A DNA stretch of 63,205 nucleotides, filler included, from Basidiobolus ranarum (GCA_040143965.1; 19 parts of 19 records of this genome joined end to end with filler, not necessarily neighbours in it), one strand, 5' to 3'. Positions 13,691 through 26,954 are shown, counted from the first letter of the whole stretch. The notes: generated by a model from the letters alone, not told the origin. Program-made: numbers and translations.

Positions 13691-15146
13691 AGTGAGTAAT
13701 GTCGTGTGAAAAGGTTATCTTAGCAGCAGATGACAATATATTATATTATAATCAAAGAGCGATGAAATGCCAAAAAAAAAAACGCAAAAAAAAGGATATT
13801 TTGTAATCGTAGTCAATTATGTAATTGGGTTGAAAATTCTATATATCGCTAGGCTCGACTAAGAGTAATCCTGGGTGAAGCATCATATCAAATGCTTCAT
13901 CTTATATTCAAGTGAAACAAGTGCTATAGCATGGAAATTATTGAGCTGTCCATCTTTGTAACAGCCTTCATCATAGCCACGTTATTGATATCAGCAGGTT
14001 GGCACCTGTATATGAATATGGTTGGACTTCATTTGTACTGCAATTTATTTTTCTATACTTATTCACCTAAGCATATTATATGGCACATCTATGGTATGGT
14101 AGGTACTTGTTCAAATTTAGAACATTTATTTATTGTGTTTCTGCATAGTCCTATCAATTAGTATATTGACTTGTTTGTTGTTTTGTAAGCAAGATTATAA
14201 AGGCTATCCATGAAGTCTATAGAAAATTACAACCTCAGGAAGTTCCAGATGAGCATTTGTTGGAGGATCCAGTCATAGTGAGAATAGATTATGTTATTAA
14301 GATACAACTCATTTTAGTTGCTTCAGTCTTAACAGAATACAGTGGCTTGTATAGCAGAGAAGTAAACCAATTGTTTGAGATATTTTGGAGTTTTTATAAT
14401 ACAAGATAAATGCTAAGTGGGGGTAATAAGACGTACTAGTTATTGCAGAAGCAAGCATATCATAAATATCTATATAGTGATTTATAGCTTAGTACTTGGT
14501 TAATCCATATTTTACTAATATATCCCTCACTATTCTCAATTGGAATTTATTTAGAATAGTTTTACCAACTCAGAAGTTATGAGATATATAGACTTTTTAA
14601 ACTCACTCTAGAAGCCCAGAACTCCTCACACATGCTCCTGGGACCTTCCTTGACTTATTCTACACATTTACTTGCTTACATCTTGACAAAGCTAGAAATG
14701 GCAATTTTTTACTTCATAAAACAAGTGAGAGCCTTCATTTCTTCTAGTTCTCCATACCAATCCTAACAGACTCCCAAACTACTTCAACAGGTTATGAGTA
14801 TTCAAATTGACATTGCCTAAGCACCTATATAGTCAGATATAGCCTAGTACTTAGTTATCTTATAATTCACTAAGATATTATCCATTAATCTCAATTGAAA
14901 TTTACTTGGAATATTTTTACCAACTGAGAAGTTCTCAGATATATAGATTTTTCAAACTTGTGCAAAAAGCCCCAAACTCTGCACACATGTTTCAGGGACC
15001 ATTCTAAGCACATTCTACATGTTAGTTTGTTTAGATCTTGATAAAACTATAGTTGTCAACTTTCTACTCAATAAATCAATAAACAAAAACCACCAATTCC
15101 TCTAATTCTCCAAACCACTTCCAACAGGCTCCCAAGTACTTTAAAA

Positions 15147-15160
15147 GGTTATGAGCCCCA
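15147..15160 (+). promoter_or_regulatory. Primer-binding site complementary to the anticodon arm of initiator tRNA-Met
   Basis: GGTTATGAGCCCCA immediately after the LTR; also GGTTATGAG at 14790 and a mutated copy at 1021-1034 on the minus strand. Confidence 0.85.
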
Positions 15161-15462
15161 AGCTTGCACTCTCTGTAATGTCTACTTCTCAAATTTATGG
15201 AACTATTCCCTCTTCTGAGAAATTGGATGGAACCAATTATCAAGTTTGGAAAATAAAAAGAAAATGCTGCTGCAAGAAAAAAAACTTTGGAACACTGTTA
15301 TAGGAGAAGAAAACAATGCAAAACTATCTGGAACCAAAACTTTACTCCAAGTTAAAAAAGAACAAAGTGCCTTTAACACAATTTGTCTTAATGTTAAAGA
15401 CAAATTGCTAATTCAATGTTCAAGAGCTAAAACCGCAAAGAAGGTATGGAAAGCCTTGGAAG

Positions 15463-15810
15463 TGTTGAAATTAGCATTGCCTAAACACCTATATAGTCAT
15501 ATATAGCTTAGTACTTAGTTGTCTTATAATTTACTAAGATATTATCAGTTATTCTCAATCAGAATTTACTTAGAATATTTTTACCAACTTAGAAGTTCTC
15601 AAATATATAGATTTTTCAAACATGTGCTAGAAGCCCCAAACTCTGCACACATGTTCCTGGGACCTTTCTTAACATATTCTATATGCTATTTTGTTTACAT
15701 CTTGACAAAACTATAAATGTTAACTTTCTACTCAATAAATCAGCAAGTGAAAACCACCAATTCCTCTTATTCTCCAAACCACCTCCAACAGGCTCCCAAA
15801 TACTTTAACA
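15463..15810 (+). mobile_element. Solo LTR (copia family 1) with 5-bp target-site duplication GGAAG
   Basis: TGTTG...TTAACA flanked by GGAAG at 15458-15462 and 15811-15815; the empty site (KALEDTHQ) is present in the copy near 20500. Confidence 0.95.
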
Positions 15811-18800
15811 GGAAGACACCTACCAAACAAGCTCTGCTGCCAACAAGATGTTTTTAAGATGACAATTCTTTAACTCAATGATGAAGCCAGGAGATGACAT
15901 TAAATCACTAATTAATAGAGTCAATATTTTAGTGGATTAAATGCAATGCATTGGAGTACCTACTACTGATCAAGATATCATAGTTACAGTCCTGAATAGC
16001 CTACCACACAAGTTTCAGAGCCTAGTAATGGCTCTAGAATCAAGAACTGAAAATTTGACCTTAAATTATTTATTTGGCAGACTTCTGGATGGGGATTTAC
16101 ACTAATCAGGATTGAATCATAGGAATGAAGAAAATGCTTTAGTAAGCTATGGGAAACCTTTCTATATTGGTCAAAATCACTTTAAGAAGAAAAGTAACAC
16201 ATTCTGTGATTACTGTAAAAGAACTAGCCATTTAAGCAAAATTGCCTTAAAAGAATTGCAAAAGAAGAGAAACATATTGAATCTGGAAATGTGGTTACAG
16301 CAGAAGATCACTTGTTCATATCTGCTCTATTTATAACAACCAACAAGGATTCTCAGATGTTTCATATTGATTCTGGAGCTTCCCAACATTTTCCAAATGA
16401 AAAACATTGGTTTGTGGAATATGAAGAAATCCCAATTAGAGAGGTTTTCATAGGAGATGACCACACATTGGATGCTATTGGAATTGGAACAATTCAAGTC
16501 AATTTAACTGGAGCTTCTGAAGAGAAAGTATATACTTTTAAGGATGTACTACATGTTCCAGATATTCACAAGAATTTAATATCTGTATGCAAGGCCACCT
16601 CANNNNNNNNNNNNNNNNNNNNNNNNNNNNNNNNNNNNNNNNNNNNTTAATTAATTAANNNNNNNNNNNNNNNNNNNNNNNNNNNNNNNNNNNNNNNNNN
16701 NNAATGGCATTCAGTAAATGCTTTAATTAGAAAATCATAGCATTTCTCTCACTTATCATACAAATTTTATATAAAAACATATGCAATATATTACATCAAG
16801 CAGACAAAGCAACCGGGCATTCAATAAATACTTCAATAAATAATAAAACACAAGCATTTCTCTTACCTATGATCCATAGTGTATTTAACAATGCAGCCTA
16901 ATGTACAGCCAGATTTCTCACATAGGTATAGCTGAATTCTCCATGTATATGATAATTTTAAGCAACTGACCATCCTTTTATATTAAGGAATGCATTTCTA
17001 CAGACACAAAAATAGTCTCTGCTTGAAGTACTATACTTGGAAAAGCATAAAATGAGTTATTTGTCAGTCCTAACATGAGTTCTACATCAGCTCACAATGA
17101 TATTTAAAAATCAAAGAACTTTGTAAGTGAGTGAATGATATATCTCAATACCAATAAATTAATAGATGACAAAGTATTGATCAATAGCTCAGTGTTATCA
17201 GTGTGAAATACTCCATTTTGTTCTACATTAGCATTGCTATCAAAGTAACCAACAGGGTTTCTTCAATCTCTCATGTACAATTGATAACTACAAATTTACT
17301 GAATGCACACAATTATTGCACAATATTGATCACTTGTCACTGATAAAATACTATGGTTCAATGCTAATATAATGGTAACATCCTGATTACCTGTATCCAT
17401 GTAACCAGTCATTAATATCTGGATGGAATCTTGGCTATAACCAATAATATGAATTGATTTGTAACACATTGCTGGAAATCCAAGGAATTCTTGTTGAGAA
17501 TCTTCTTCTCCAACAAGGGAGCTTTTTGCTGAAATTGGGCTGAAATAAATCCTATTCTTCATCTAACCCACGAAATCAAATGTGTATTTGTGTCATTACA
17601 AATCATAAGCAGCATTGCTTGGTGACTTCTTGGTATATTTTTGGGCATTGTGTTTCCTGTATGTGTTCAATAAACAGTTCATCATGTAAAACTTGGAGAG
17701 GTTTATGTTTTGATTGTAATAGAGAAGGTTACATTATTTTTGGCTCTATACACCTTATTATTTGCTAGTAGTGTTTGGGGCTTTATATACTCTATTTCAA
17801 GAATTTCCAATACTCATTGTCATTTGTCAGTAATATTTAGCACTTTGTAGAATTTGCTTTGAGTGTTTCCCAAACTAATTACTTCTTAGCACCATTCCTG
17901 TCAACACTGGTTTGTGAGCTCAGCACTTTGTAAACAGTAAGTAATGTTACAGCTTATAAGATCCCCCATTTAAGCTTTGGCTCTGAAGCCTTAGTCTTAG
18001 TAACCATGTAGCTTATACATATTGTCTCTTGGTTCAGCACCCTTTATTATTTATAGTAGGCTTACCTGTTGTTAAGTGTGATTATTGCAAAAGTACTTGA
18101 GAGCTTGTCAGATGTTAAAGTACTTGGATTAGGAGAATTAGAGAACTTGATAGTTTTCACATATTAATTTATTGAGTGGAAAGTTGACATTTATAGTTTT
18201 GTCAAGATGTAAGCAAACTAATGTGTAGAATGTGTTCAGGAATGTCTCAGGAATGTGCGTGCAAAGTTTGGGGCTTCTAGCACAAGTTTGAAAAATCTCT
18301 ATATCTCAGAACTTCCAAGTTGATGTCAATATTCTAGGTAAATTCCAATTGAGAAAAATGCATAATATCTTAGTAAAATATAAGATAACCAAGTAATAAG
18401 CTATATATGACTATAAAGTTGTTTAAGCAAAGCTTATATTAATAGTTATGGTGTGCAAGTTCAAAAGGAAATCAAGAGAATGCACTATGCTGGATATGTG
18501 GGCTTCATACAAACAACTTAGTCAAACAAATATCATAGTTGATGAAGAAGAATTTATGAACATCTATATTTTATGAATCTCAACAATGAACTAAAACTTG
18601 GAAAGTTGATGCAAAAGATCAAGGTGACCAATTACACAAGTTAATATTAAAGCAATGTATCCTAGTTTTAGATATGATCCCAGTTCTGAGACATCAGTCC
18701 CTGCAGAGAAACTGTTGCTCACTATTGACATCAACAAACTCATTTAACCAGACTAGGGAAAACAACTCAGCATTGTGAGGAAAAAATCAATCAATATTTA

Positions 18801-19049
18801 TTCAGGCAAACATGCATACATCCTTCTAGCCAAAAGAATCACTATTCAAGAGTTCTTCAAGGGCACCACTGGTTGCATTTATCAATATATAATGACATGC
18901 AACTTTAATAACAGTAATGAATTATGTGGTACCAATCCTTTTGCAACACCATGCAGCTCCCTTCTGACAGCCCTGTCTTCAGGAATATTTTAATAGACCC
19001 ACTGAATGAATATCAACCAGAACTAGATTTATAACTTGCAGCAATTTAC

Positions 19050-19500
19050 CCTTCTCCATCAGAAACCACTTTGGCAGCCACTTACATCTTTGTCTCCTCT
19101 TTGCTTGGTGACATCACTGTGAAAGCCATGTTCCTTTTCTTCTTTTACCCAACCTTTACAAAGAACAAAAATGGGACCAATTGCATTGACTAGTACCCCT
19201 CCAGAAGTACTGCTGTCAGCACCACACCTTACTACAAAGCATCTGTCTGATGGGAACTAGTAATAAACTTTTCAAATATTCTTACACATTCATTAAATCT
19301 GTCTTCCATACCAGCAGGTACAGTTTTCAAAGTGGCTGGAAAGATGTCTCCATATGCTTTAGCATGTGCATATACCTCCACATACTCTAGACTGGCAGCA
19401 ATTCCATGATGATTTTTATGGTTAGGACCAGCACTGGCTGGCATGAGCAGAGAAACAGTGGCAACACTTATCAAGAAGAAATTGATCAACAACAGGATGA
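19050..19500 (-). pseudogene. Decayed gene for a small secreted protein
   Basis: Signal-peptide-like start LLINFFLISVATVSLLMPASA with no ATG in front of it, TATAAAAAG about 60 nt upstream, frame continues after a shift near 19235 (VVRCGADSSTSGGVLVNAIGPIFVLCKG); CpG-depleted. Confidence 0.4.
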
Positions 19501-20037
19501 TAACTGAGAGTGCTCAAATGACACTGGATATATGCAAATACAAACATCCAGGTCATGCTTTTTATACAGCATCAAGGAATTCATGATATTTCAAACCTTA
19601 CTGCCAGTACCCAAATCAAGGCCATAGATGATTACTAATTTTGGTTAATATTTCCTTCTTGTTTTTTCTTAACCTCTAACTCTTTTCTTGGTGGCCTTAT
19701 GCACATCAACTTATGGTCTTGAATGGTGAGTCTCAGCCAAGTATAATCATATTCAAACAATAAGTTAACTTCTACAAGAGTTAACTTGATGTATTAGCCA
19801 GCAAGGGTCATTCAAATGAGTAGGTGTTATTATCTGAGCTAGGTATGTTTTCCTTTCCAAGAAATTCTTACTTTATCTATATGTTTAACTAACCCTAACT
19901 TTAACAGAAACTAGCTTTTCACAATCACCCAACACCTNNNNNNNNNNNNNNNNNNNNNNNNNNNNNNNNNNNNNNNNNNNNTTAATTAATTAANNNNNNN
20001 NNNNNNNNNNNNNNNNNNNNNNNNNNNNNNNNNNNNN

Positions 20038-20860
20038 AATTTTAGCCCTTCTGAGGTGGCCTTGCATACAGATATTAAATTCTTGGCAATATCTGGAACA
20101 TGTAGTACATCCTTAAAAGTATATACTTTCTCTTCAGAAGCTCCAGTTAAATTGACTTGAATTGTTCCCATTCCAATAGCATCCAATGTGCAGTCATCTT
20201 CCATGAGTCCTGATTTGCATAAATCCTCATCCAGAAGTCTGCCAAATCCATAATTTAAGGTCAAATTTTCAGTTCTTGATTCTAGAGCCATTACTAGGCT
20301 CTGAAGCTTGTGTGGCAGGCTATTCAGGACTGTAACTATGATATCTTGATTGGTAGTAGGTACTCCAATGCAATCCATTTCATCCACTAAAATAGTGACT
20401 CTATTAATTAGTGATTTAATGTCTCCTCCTGGCTTCATCTTTAGGTTAAAGAATTGTCTTCTTAGAAACATCTTGTTGGCAGCAGAACTTGTTTGGTGGG
20501 TGTCTTCCAAGGCTTTCCATACCTTCTTGGCAGTTTTAGCTCTTGAACATTGAATTAGAAATTTGTCTTTAGCATTGAGACAAATTGTGTCTGGCTTAAT
20601 CAAATCTGTCAAAAAATTAGATCAAATTCATTCAGATTTGTGTGGACCTATGCAAAATTTATCTTTAGATGGAAAAAGATATTTAATCACATTTATTAAT
20701 GATAATACAAGATACACCTGGGTCTACTTTATAGAAAGAAAAGAAGAAGCTCTCTCTATCTTGAGAGATTTTAAAACACTTGTGGAGACTGAAACCAAAA
20801 CTAAAATCATGAAAGTATGTACTGATAATGGTGAAGAATATACTTCAACACTATTTAAGC
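20038..20860. mobile_element. Rearranged copia family 1: gag/protease on the minus strand (20038-20590) fused to integrase on the plus strand (20590-20860)
   Basis: Gag UBN2-like ORF on the minus strand; IHSDLCGP...TDNGEEY integrase core on the plus strand. Confidence 0.88.
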
Positions 20861-20861
20861 A

Positions 20862-22800
20862 ACCTAACAGAAATTTGAGGATTCTTATAGTAGGAAAACC
20901 ATCACAATTTTAATCCATTTGGGATTGATTGTTCAATCCCCATCATAAAATCATCAAGTTAGATTTGATTTTAATCAATTGTTTCAATTTCAGGAGTGAA
21001 ATTTCAAGATCTTGCAAAATAGTTGCACATGACTGGCTTCAATCTCAGAGAATTATGGATCAACACATGTGCAAAAAATGTTACTCAAATTTTATATATT
21101 TACCACTTGAACACTGATTTGTCACCTTTGAAATCTCTAGTTTCTTTGATATATTCTCCAGAATTTTTTTATAGAGTTCTTCATGCCCAAGGTTTAGCTC
21201 AATTCTAACATGAGTTTGTATCAATATCTCCATCAAAGCCCACCATTGTATTAATGTTGCTGAATCAACATTCTTCCAGCTATCTGGCAGATACCCTGCA
21301 ATATTGTGCCACTCTGTATTAAATTCTTCCCAGATATATGCATGGTCAACACCAGACTGAATGTCAAGTTGAATGTTCTTCTTCTGAAGCCACTTTCTAC
21401 ATGTTTGCACGGTGTTTTTCCCTTCATACTTTTGAAAATACTCCTCAAGCACTTTGACTATTTTTATACATCCTTGTAGTGTGACACTACTGAGAGTGCT
21501 TTGTGGTGTTTGTGCAGCTTTTTGCTTGCCTTTAAGTTTGAGGTTAATTTAAACACTTCAAAAAGTACCAGTTGAGGTTGGAGAGCTGTGAGTTTTATTT
21601 GCTGGTGTTTTGGCTTGTTGAAAGGTGCCAGGTGTTGGATAAACTTCCAAATTTATCACACTTCAAACTAGTGTACCCAGTTCCATGATGAAATTAAGCT
21701 TTTTTGCCAGTATATCTGACTCTGGAAATGCAGATCTTTGTAATGGTATGAAGAGTTTAATAAGTGGGACAGTAGAGCATAAACTCACTGGCTGCTTTGC
21801 TTTCTTTTCCAAGTTGATAAATATGTACATTTTTTAGATGTTTCACAAATAGGCCTCTACTAGCCCAATTGCCATTTGCTTGCATAAACCCAGGATAAGC
21901 CACATGAAGTAAGTGAAGAACCTTGAGAGTAACACCTGGTTTTTGGTTTTTCCACAATTGGCTCAAATCCAGGTGATTTTGGGCAAGATTCTGCACAGTT
22001 TCCAAAATGTTAATCCACTCATCATTAGAGCAATTGATGGCAGCTCTGACATTCAGAGTTTTTGGGTTTGCTGGTTTTCCTATGAGATTTCTACTTTCAT
22101 TTGCCTAAGCAATTTTGGGCTGTTGTGTAGGCTTGATGGTCCAACACATATTCTGCTCTGCCAGATTGCCATGGTGACATTGATATATGTAAGGTGTGGG
22201 AATGATTGAAATCCCATATGAGAATGGACAGAGGGAGCAGCATGTTGCCATAGCTCAAGTACAGCATTCTGAAGATCTTGCATCATTACTGAGTGACTCT
22301 CTAACTGTTGACTAGATTCTTCCAAATGCTGCATTAATTGCAATATTTTGGCATTATTACTTGTCATGGCCTGTATAGCAACTTTGTAGTTTTTACCCCA
22401 GATTGCATACAAAACATTACAGTGTTCTGCCTGTGATTCCCTTGTTGTACTAATTCTATCCAAATTTTCTGTATAGGGTTGTTCAATGGTCAGCAAAGTA
22501 GCCATTTTGGAAGTTGATGGTCTTGACAGTGTTTTGATTCAACTTTGCTCAACTATTGATTTACTATGCAACTGGGGGATTTCAATCTCTTCACTTGCAC
22601 TATTGCTGGAAAAGAACACATCTGGTAAATTGAATCATGCTTCAACTTTACTTGAGTTAGTTTCCAGCATGTTAATACCTTCCAAAGTGAATAGTGGATT
22701 GCTAGACTGCTCATCAATTAAGTCCTCTGTTCTGCTTGTTCTTTCCCTTTCATGTCAGCAGGCTTTGGCTTGGAAGCCAATTTTGATTTAGATCTTGAAT
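20862..22800 (-). mobile_element. CACTA-type element: terminus plus degenerate ORF2
   Basis: Begins ACCTAACAG, cutting the copia integrase; ORF pieces at 21081-21452, 21757-22005 and 22080-22505 recur in contigs 4, 10, 12, 17 and 18. Confidence 0.75.
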
Positions 22801-22984
22801 GCTTTTTGAATGGCATTGAAATTCTCAGAGGGTAAACTTGGTGTAATGAAATTTCTTAGAAACAGCTTATAGTAAATCAAAATTGCCATCCTTTCCCAGA
22901 AATAGCTTGTAAGTCCCCTGATGACTCATCTGTGACACTGTCTCAGATTCAGCGGACAATATTGATAGGCTATACCTAGAATAC

Positions 22985-23271
22985 TGTTGAAGTTTATTGT
23001 CTTTATCATATATGTTATCCCTATCTTTATACACCTAACTATTTCATATATCACATATTAGTTAGTCAACATTATTTAGTCAAATATCACTTAGCTGCAA
23101 ATCGGAACATATATTTTATATATATGTGAATTATGTGAGAATTAGCAATTACATATTGGAAATTTCAAACTCGTCCAAATTGCCCCAAAGATAGCTCATT
23201 TTACTCCCACAGATGTTCTGAACACAACCCCAGTGTTAGTTTTCTGTATTTCCACCAAAATGTATAAATGC
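22985..23271. repeat. Partial LTR, family 3
   Basis: Starts TGTTG; reverse complement of about 38360-38643; the other end also appears at 13157-13263. Confidence 0.75.
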
Positions 23272-23373
23272 NNNNNNNNNNNNNNNNNNNNNNNNNNNNN
23301 NNNNNNNNNNNNNNNTTAATTAATTAANNNNNNNNNNNNNNNNNNNNNNNNNNNNNNNNNNNNNNNNNNNNTT

Positions 23374-24066
23374 GCTAATAAATTCGAACAGGTCCATGGT
23401 ATTGATATTTCCGAGACTCAGATCGCTGAGGCTGCCCAAGCTGATAATATCACTTACTCGGTTGGCATTGCCGAGGAGTTGCCTTTTGAGGATGCTAGTT
23501 TTGACTTGGTCACGGTGGCTGAGGCAGCTCACTGGTTCAACACGAAAAGCTTCTTTAAAGAAGTCAAGCGTGTTCTGAAGCCTAATGGAACCTTGGCCGT
23601 ATGGGGTTATTCTTTATGTACCATTGAAGGCGGTTCTGACCAGGTGCGGGATGCAGTTAGAGATTTGGGATTTAATCCGACAAAATTAGGAAATTATATG
23701 GGTGATAACGCAATTCATATATTAGAAAATTTTTACACAGATTTTGGTTGGGAGGAGTTATCCCAAGAATTTAATAATGTATTAAGATATGAATCTCCTA
23801 AGAGACAGGATTCTGCACATGAAATCCCAGAAGGGAAGATGTTTGTGGAGCTAAATAGTATGGAGGTTTGGAGATTCAGGGAGTATCTCAAAACCTGGTC
23901 AGCCTACAAGAAGTACTCAGAATCCAACCAGTCTGGTAGTCACCCTGCAGATGAATGTATGGATGTCATCATAAAGGAATACAACCCAGGATCCCCATTG
24001 AAGGAGGATGATGTTCTTCCTTTATCATGGCCCCAGGTGCTCCTCTTGGCCACAAACAGAGATTAA
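23374..24066 (+). CDS. SAM-dependent methyltransferase (Methyltransf_11; Tmt1/Crg1-like), 5' truncated
   Basis: Frame is open from the contig edge: VHGIDIS...AEELPFEDASFDLVTVAEAAHWF...RVLKPNGTLAVWGY...YLKTWSAY. Confidence 0.9.
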   Translation, partial: ANKFEQVHGIDISETQIAEAAQADNITYSVGIAEELPFEDASFDLVTVAEAAHWFNTKSFFKEVKRVLKPNGTLAVWGYSLCTIEGGSDQVRDAVRDLGFNPTKLGNYMGDNAIHILENFYTDFGWEELSQEFNNVLRYESPKRQDSAHEIPEGKMFVELNSMEVWRFREYLKTWSAYKKYSESNQSGSHPADECMDVIIKEYNPGSPLKEDDVLPLSWPQVLLLATNRD

Positions 24067-24490
24067 GCCAAGATGAAGTCTCAGATAGGCATTACCACCA
24101 CTAAAAGTTGCCAAATAAAAGGAATCAAATTTTCCCATTTTACTCTTTGTTACCTAAAAGTTGAAATTTCTATTCTTGACCTTAAAGGTGAGGGAAATGA
24201 AGAGTGTTCGTACTAATTAGGACAAGTTATTACCAACCGATTCAGATAATGGCTTTGCATGATTTAAATGACATACTAACTTGATATAATGACTGCTTCA
24301 AAGCCAGTTTTTTGCAAACATGTTATTGTTCTCACAATCATTTTGGCGACAATGTCCGCAATTTGCGATATCAACAAAAACACTACTTGTTCTGACTCTG
24401 ATATCGGAGTTGTGATCTGGATTTCCCGATTTATATGATAGATTTGCTTCATTTAAGAGAAGACCCGATGTAGTACTTCTTGTCATACTA

Positions 24491-25336
24491 ATGTCAACCT
24501 TCTCCAAAGTTGCCTACAACAGCAAAGCATACGCTCAGTTCCGCCCGAGTTATACCAACAAGCTTTATCGGACCATCTACGACTTTCACAAGGGTGGATA
24601 CAGTAGAGCATTGGATGTAGCGACTGGTACCGGCCAGGTTACCAAGGCCCTGTCCAGTAAATTCGAACAGGTTCATGGAATTGACATATCCGAGACTATG
24701 TTATCTCAGGCTACGAAGGGTGACAACATAACCTACTCCATTGGCTCCGCAGAGCAATTACCCTTCGAAGACGCAAGCGTCGACCTGATAACTGTTGCTC
24801 AAGGAGCTCACTGGTTCAATACGAAAAGTTTTCTCAAAGAGGTTAAACGCGTCTTAAAACCTAACGGAACTCTCGCCATATAGGGATATTCTTTCTGCTC
24901 AGTCGAAGGTAGCTCCGAGAAAGTACGGAATAGCGTTGAAGAGTTAGGAGTGAATCCGGTCAAGCTGGGAAATAACTGGGAGGCGGGACGAGAAATATTA
25001 GATAATTTCTATCGAGATTCTGGCTGGGAAGAGCTACACAATGAATTCAGCCATGTTCTGAGGTATGAATCGCCTCGAAAAGATGCCTCGGCTCTAGATA
25101 TACCAGATGATAATATATTCATTCAGCTGCGTAGCATGGAGGTTTGGAGATTTAGAGAGTATCTTAAGACTTGGTCATCCTACAAGCAATATAAAGAGGC
25201 AAATCTGCCTGGTGATCTTGTAGATGAATGTGTAGATTCAATTAAAAAAGAGTATAACCCAAGAACCCCACTCAAAGAGGATGATGTCCTTCCATTATCA
25301 TGGCCTCAGGTGCTTCTTTTAGCCTCTAACAGATAA
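24491..25336 (+). pseudogene. Tandem paralogous SAM methyltransferase with one in-frame TAG at 24881-24883
   Basis: YAQFRPSY, ALDVATGTGQ, AQGAHWF; ORFs 24491-24883 and 24950-25336 are in the same frame; the stop replaces the Trp of LAVWGY seen in the paralog. Confidence 0.88.
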
Positions 25337-26159
25337 AATAAACCACCTTTATTCGTTGCTTTACATACGAACGAACGAACCCTAATTCTTTTTCTCATAA
25401 TCGTCATTCACCACTATCTCTCCATCGTTGCTATCACTTGCAGGTCACCTCAATCTGAGGGATACCTTGAGAAGCGGCAGCTACCCTTGAGAGAATTAAA
25501 GCGCTAGAGACTGCACAGATGTAACTAAAAAATGGATTGACATAGTTGAGTCTCTGCTCTAGTATCCGAATTGAAGTGATAGTATCTACATAAACAAGTA
25601 CTTGGTATGAATCATTGGTAGGAATAAATTAGAAGAAATAAAGTGAAGAATATATAGTAGATTAGAGAATACATCAGTTGTGTATTTGCATTATAAATCA
25701 CAAGCATGAAGCATGGCAAGGAATCGAACCTTGCATTATGGATTATCTTACGCTCCAAATGTGTCTCACCCTAAGACTCGTTTTAGTCCAGATCTGTCCG
25801 GCTAGTATCTCTTGTTTATACAGCTCTAAGATCCTGCACTTTGCCGCTTCTTGGATCAGTTCAAGACAATTCCTTTTCTCTTGGACACAGTATATCTCAA
25901 GTATTTGCTTATTTAAGACTACAGAAAAATGTAAATACTAATAAATATACTAATGCTTGTATGAACCACAATAATTCTGAAGAGAGTGAGAGAAATGTAT
26001 GGATTATAATAGAACTAAAGAGAATGGCGAAGAAGATATCATACCACCTGAAAAAATGTTGAAGGATATGGTTAGAGAAAACTTGCTAAGAAATGGTAAG
26101 GAATATCTATTGGTTTTCAGAGAGTAATTTGCACTTTGACATCTCTAGAAATGGAAAGG

Positions 26160-26604
26160 TTGTTGAAATTAGCATACCCTAAATTATTAAAGTATTTTGA
26201 GAACCAGAGAAATTGGTGGTTTTCACTTATTGCTCTATTGAGTAGAAAGTTGCCCATTATACTTTTGTCATGATGTTAGCAAACTAACATGCAAAATATG
26301 TTAACAAAGGTTCCAGAAACATGTGTAAAGAGTTTTGGGCTTCTAGCTTAAGTTTAAAAAACTATATAACTGAGAACTTCTGAGTATACTCAAATTGAGA
26401 ATAATGGGTGATAACTTACTAAGATGTAGGATAAGTGAAAAGCAAGCTTTATATGATTATATAGGTGTTTAGATAATATTAATTTCTGTTGAAGTATTTG
26501 TTGAAATTAGCATTGCCTAAACACCTATATAGTCATATATAGCTTAGTACTTAGTTATCTTATAATTCACTAAGATATTATCAATTATTCTCAATCGGAA
26601 TTTA
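26160..26604. repeat. Cluster of copia family 1 LTR pieces in both orientations
   Basis: Minus-strand LTR body at about 26185-26487; plus-strand LTR starts (TGTTGAAATTAGC) near 26161 and 26499. Confidence 0.8.
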
Positions 26605-26704
26605 NNNNNNNNNNNNNNNNNNNNNNNNNNNNNNNNNNNNNNNNNNNNTTAATTAATTAANNNNNNNNNNNNNNNNNNNNNNNNNNNNNNNNNNNNNNNN
26701 NNNN

Positions 26705-26954
26705 AGGCCTTGAAGTATTTAATATCACGTTTGCAACTTGTAATATCTGAAAGAGGATCCTTGAATACGCGACCCTGCCCATCAGGACCCGGAACAGTTG
26801 GTTGATATGCTACACCTTTAATGAAGAATTGCTTTTGGGTAACAGAATTGAAGAACTTGCTGCCCTTTATCACAATGGGGTCTATTCCGGAAGCGGAGGA
26901 GATGTACAAAGATAGACCCAAGGAGATGGTTGATAATACAGTTGATAATTTCAT
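26705..26954 (-). CDS. GAS1: GH72 beta-1,3-glucanosyltransferase (Gas1/Gel family), 3' truncated
   Basis: Signal peptide MKLSTVLSTISLGLSLYISSASG, then IDPIVIKGSKFF...QFFIKGVAYQP...DPLSD...CKRDI. Confidence 0.92.

Larger units (their letters stand above)
14799..16602 (+). mobile_element. Copia family 1, 5' part (LTR, PBS, gag, zinc knuckle, protease), interrupted by a solo LTR
   Basis: LTR 14799-15146, PBS 15147-15160, gag ATG at 15178, CDYCKRTSH knuckle, FHIDSGASQH protease site. Confidence 0.95.

Noticed and set aside
16703-18100. CpG-depleted, coding-like remnant including ORF 17296-17562
   Set aside because: Probably a decayed mobile element, but no diagnostic motif was found.
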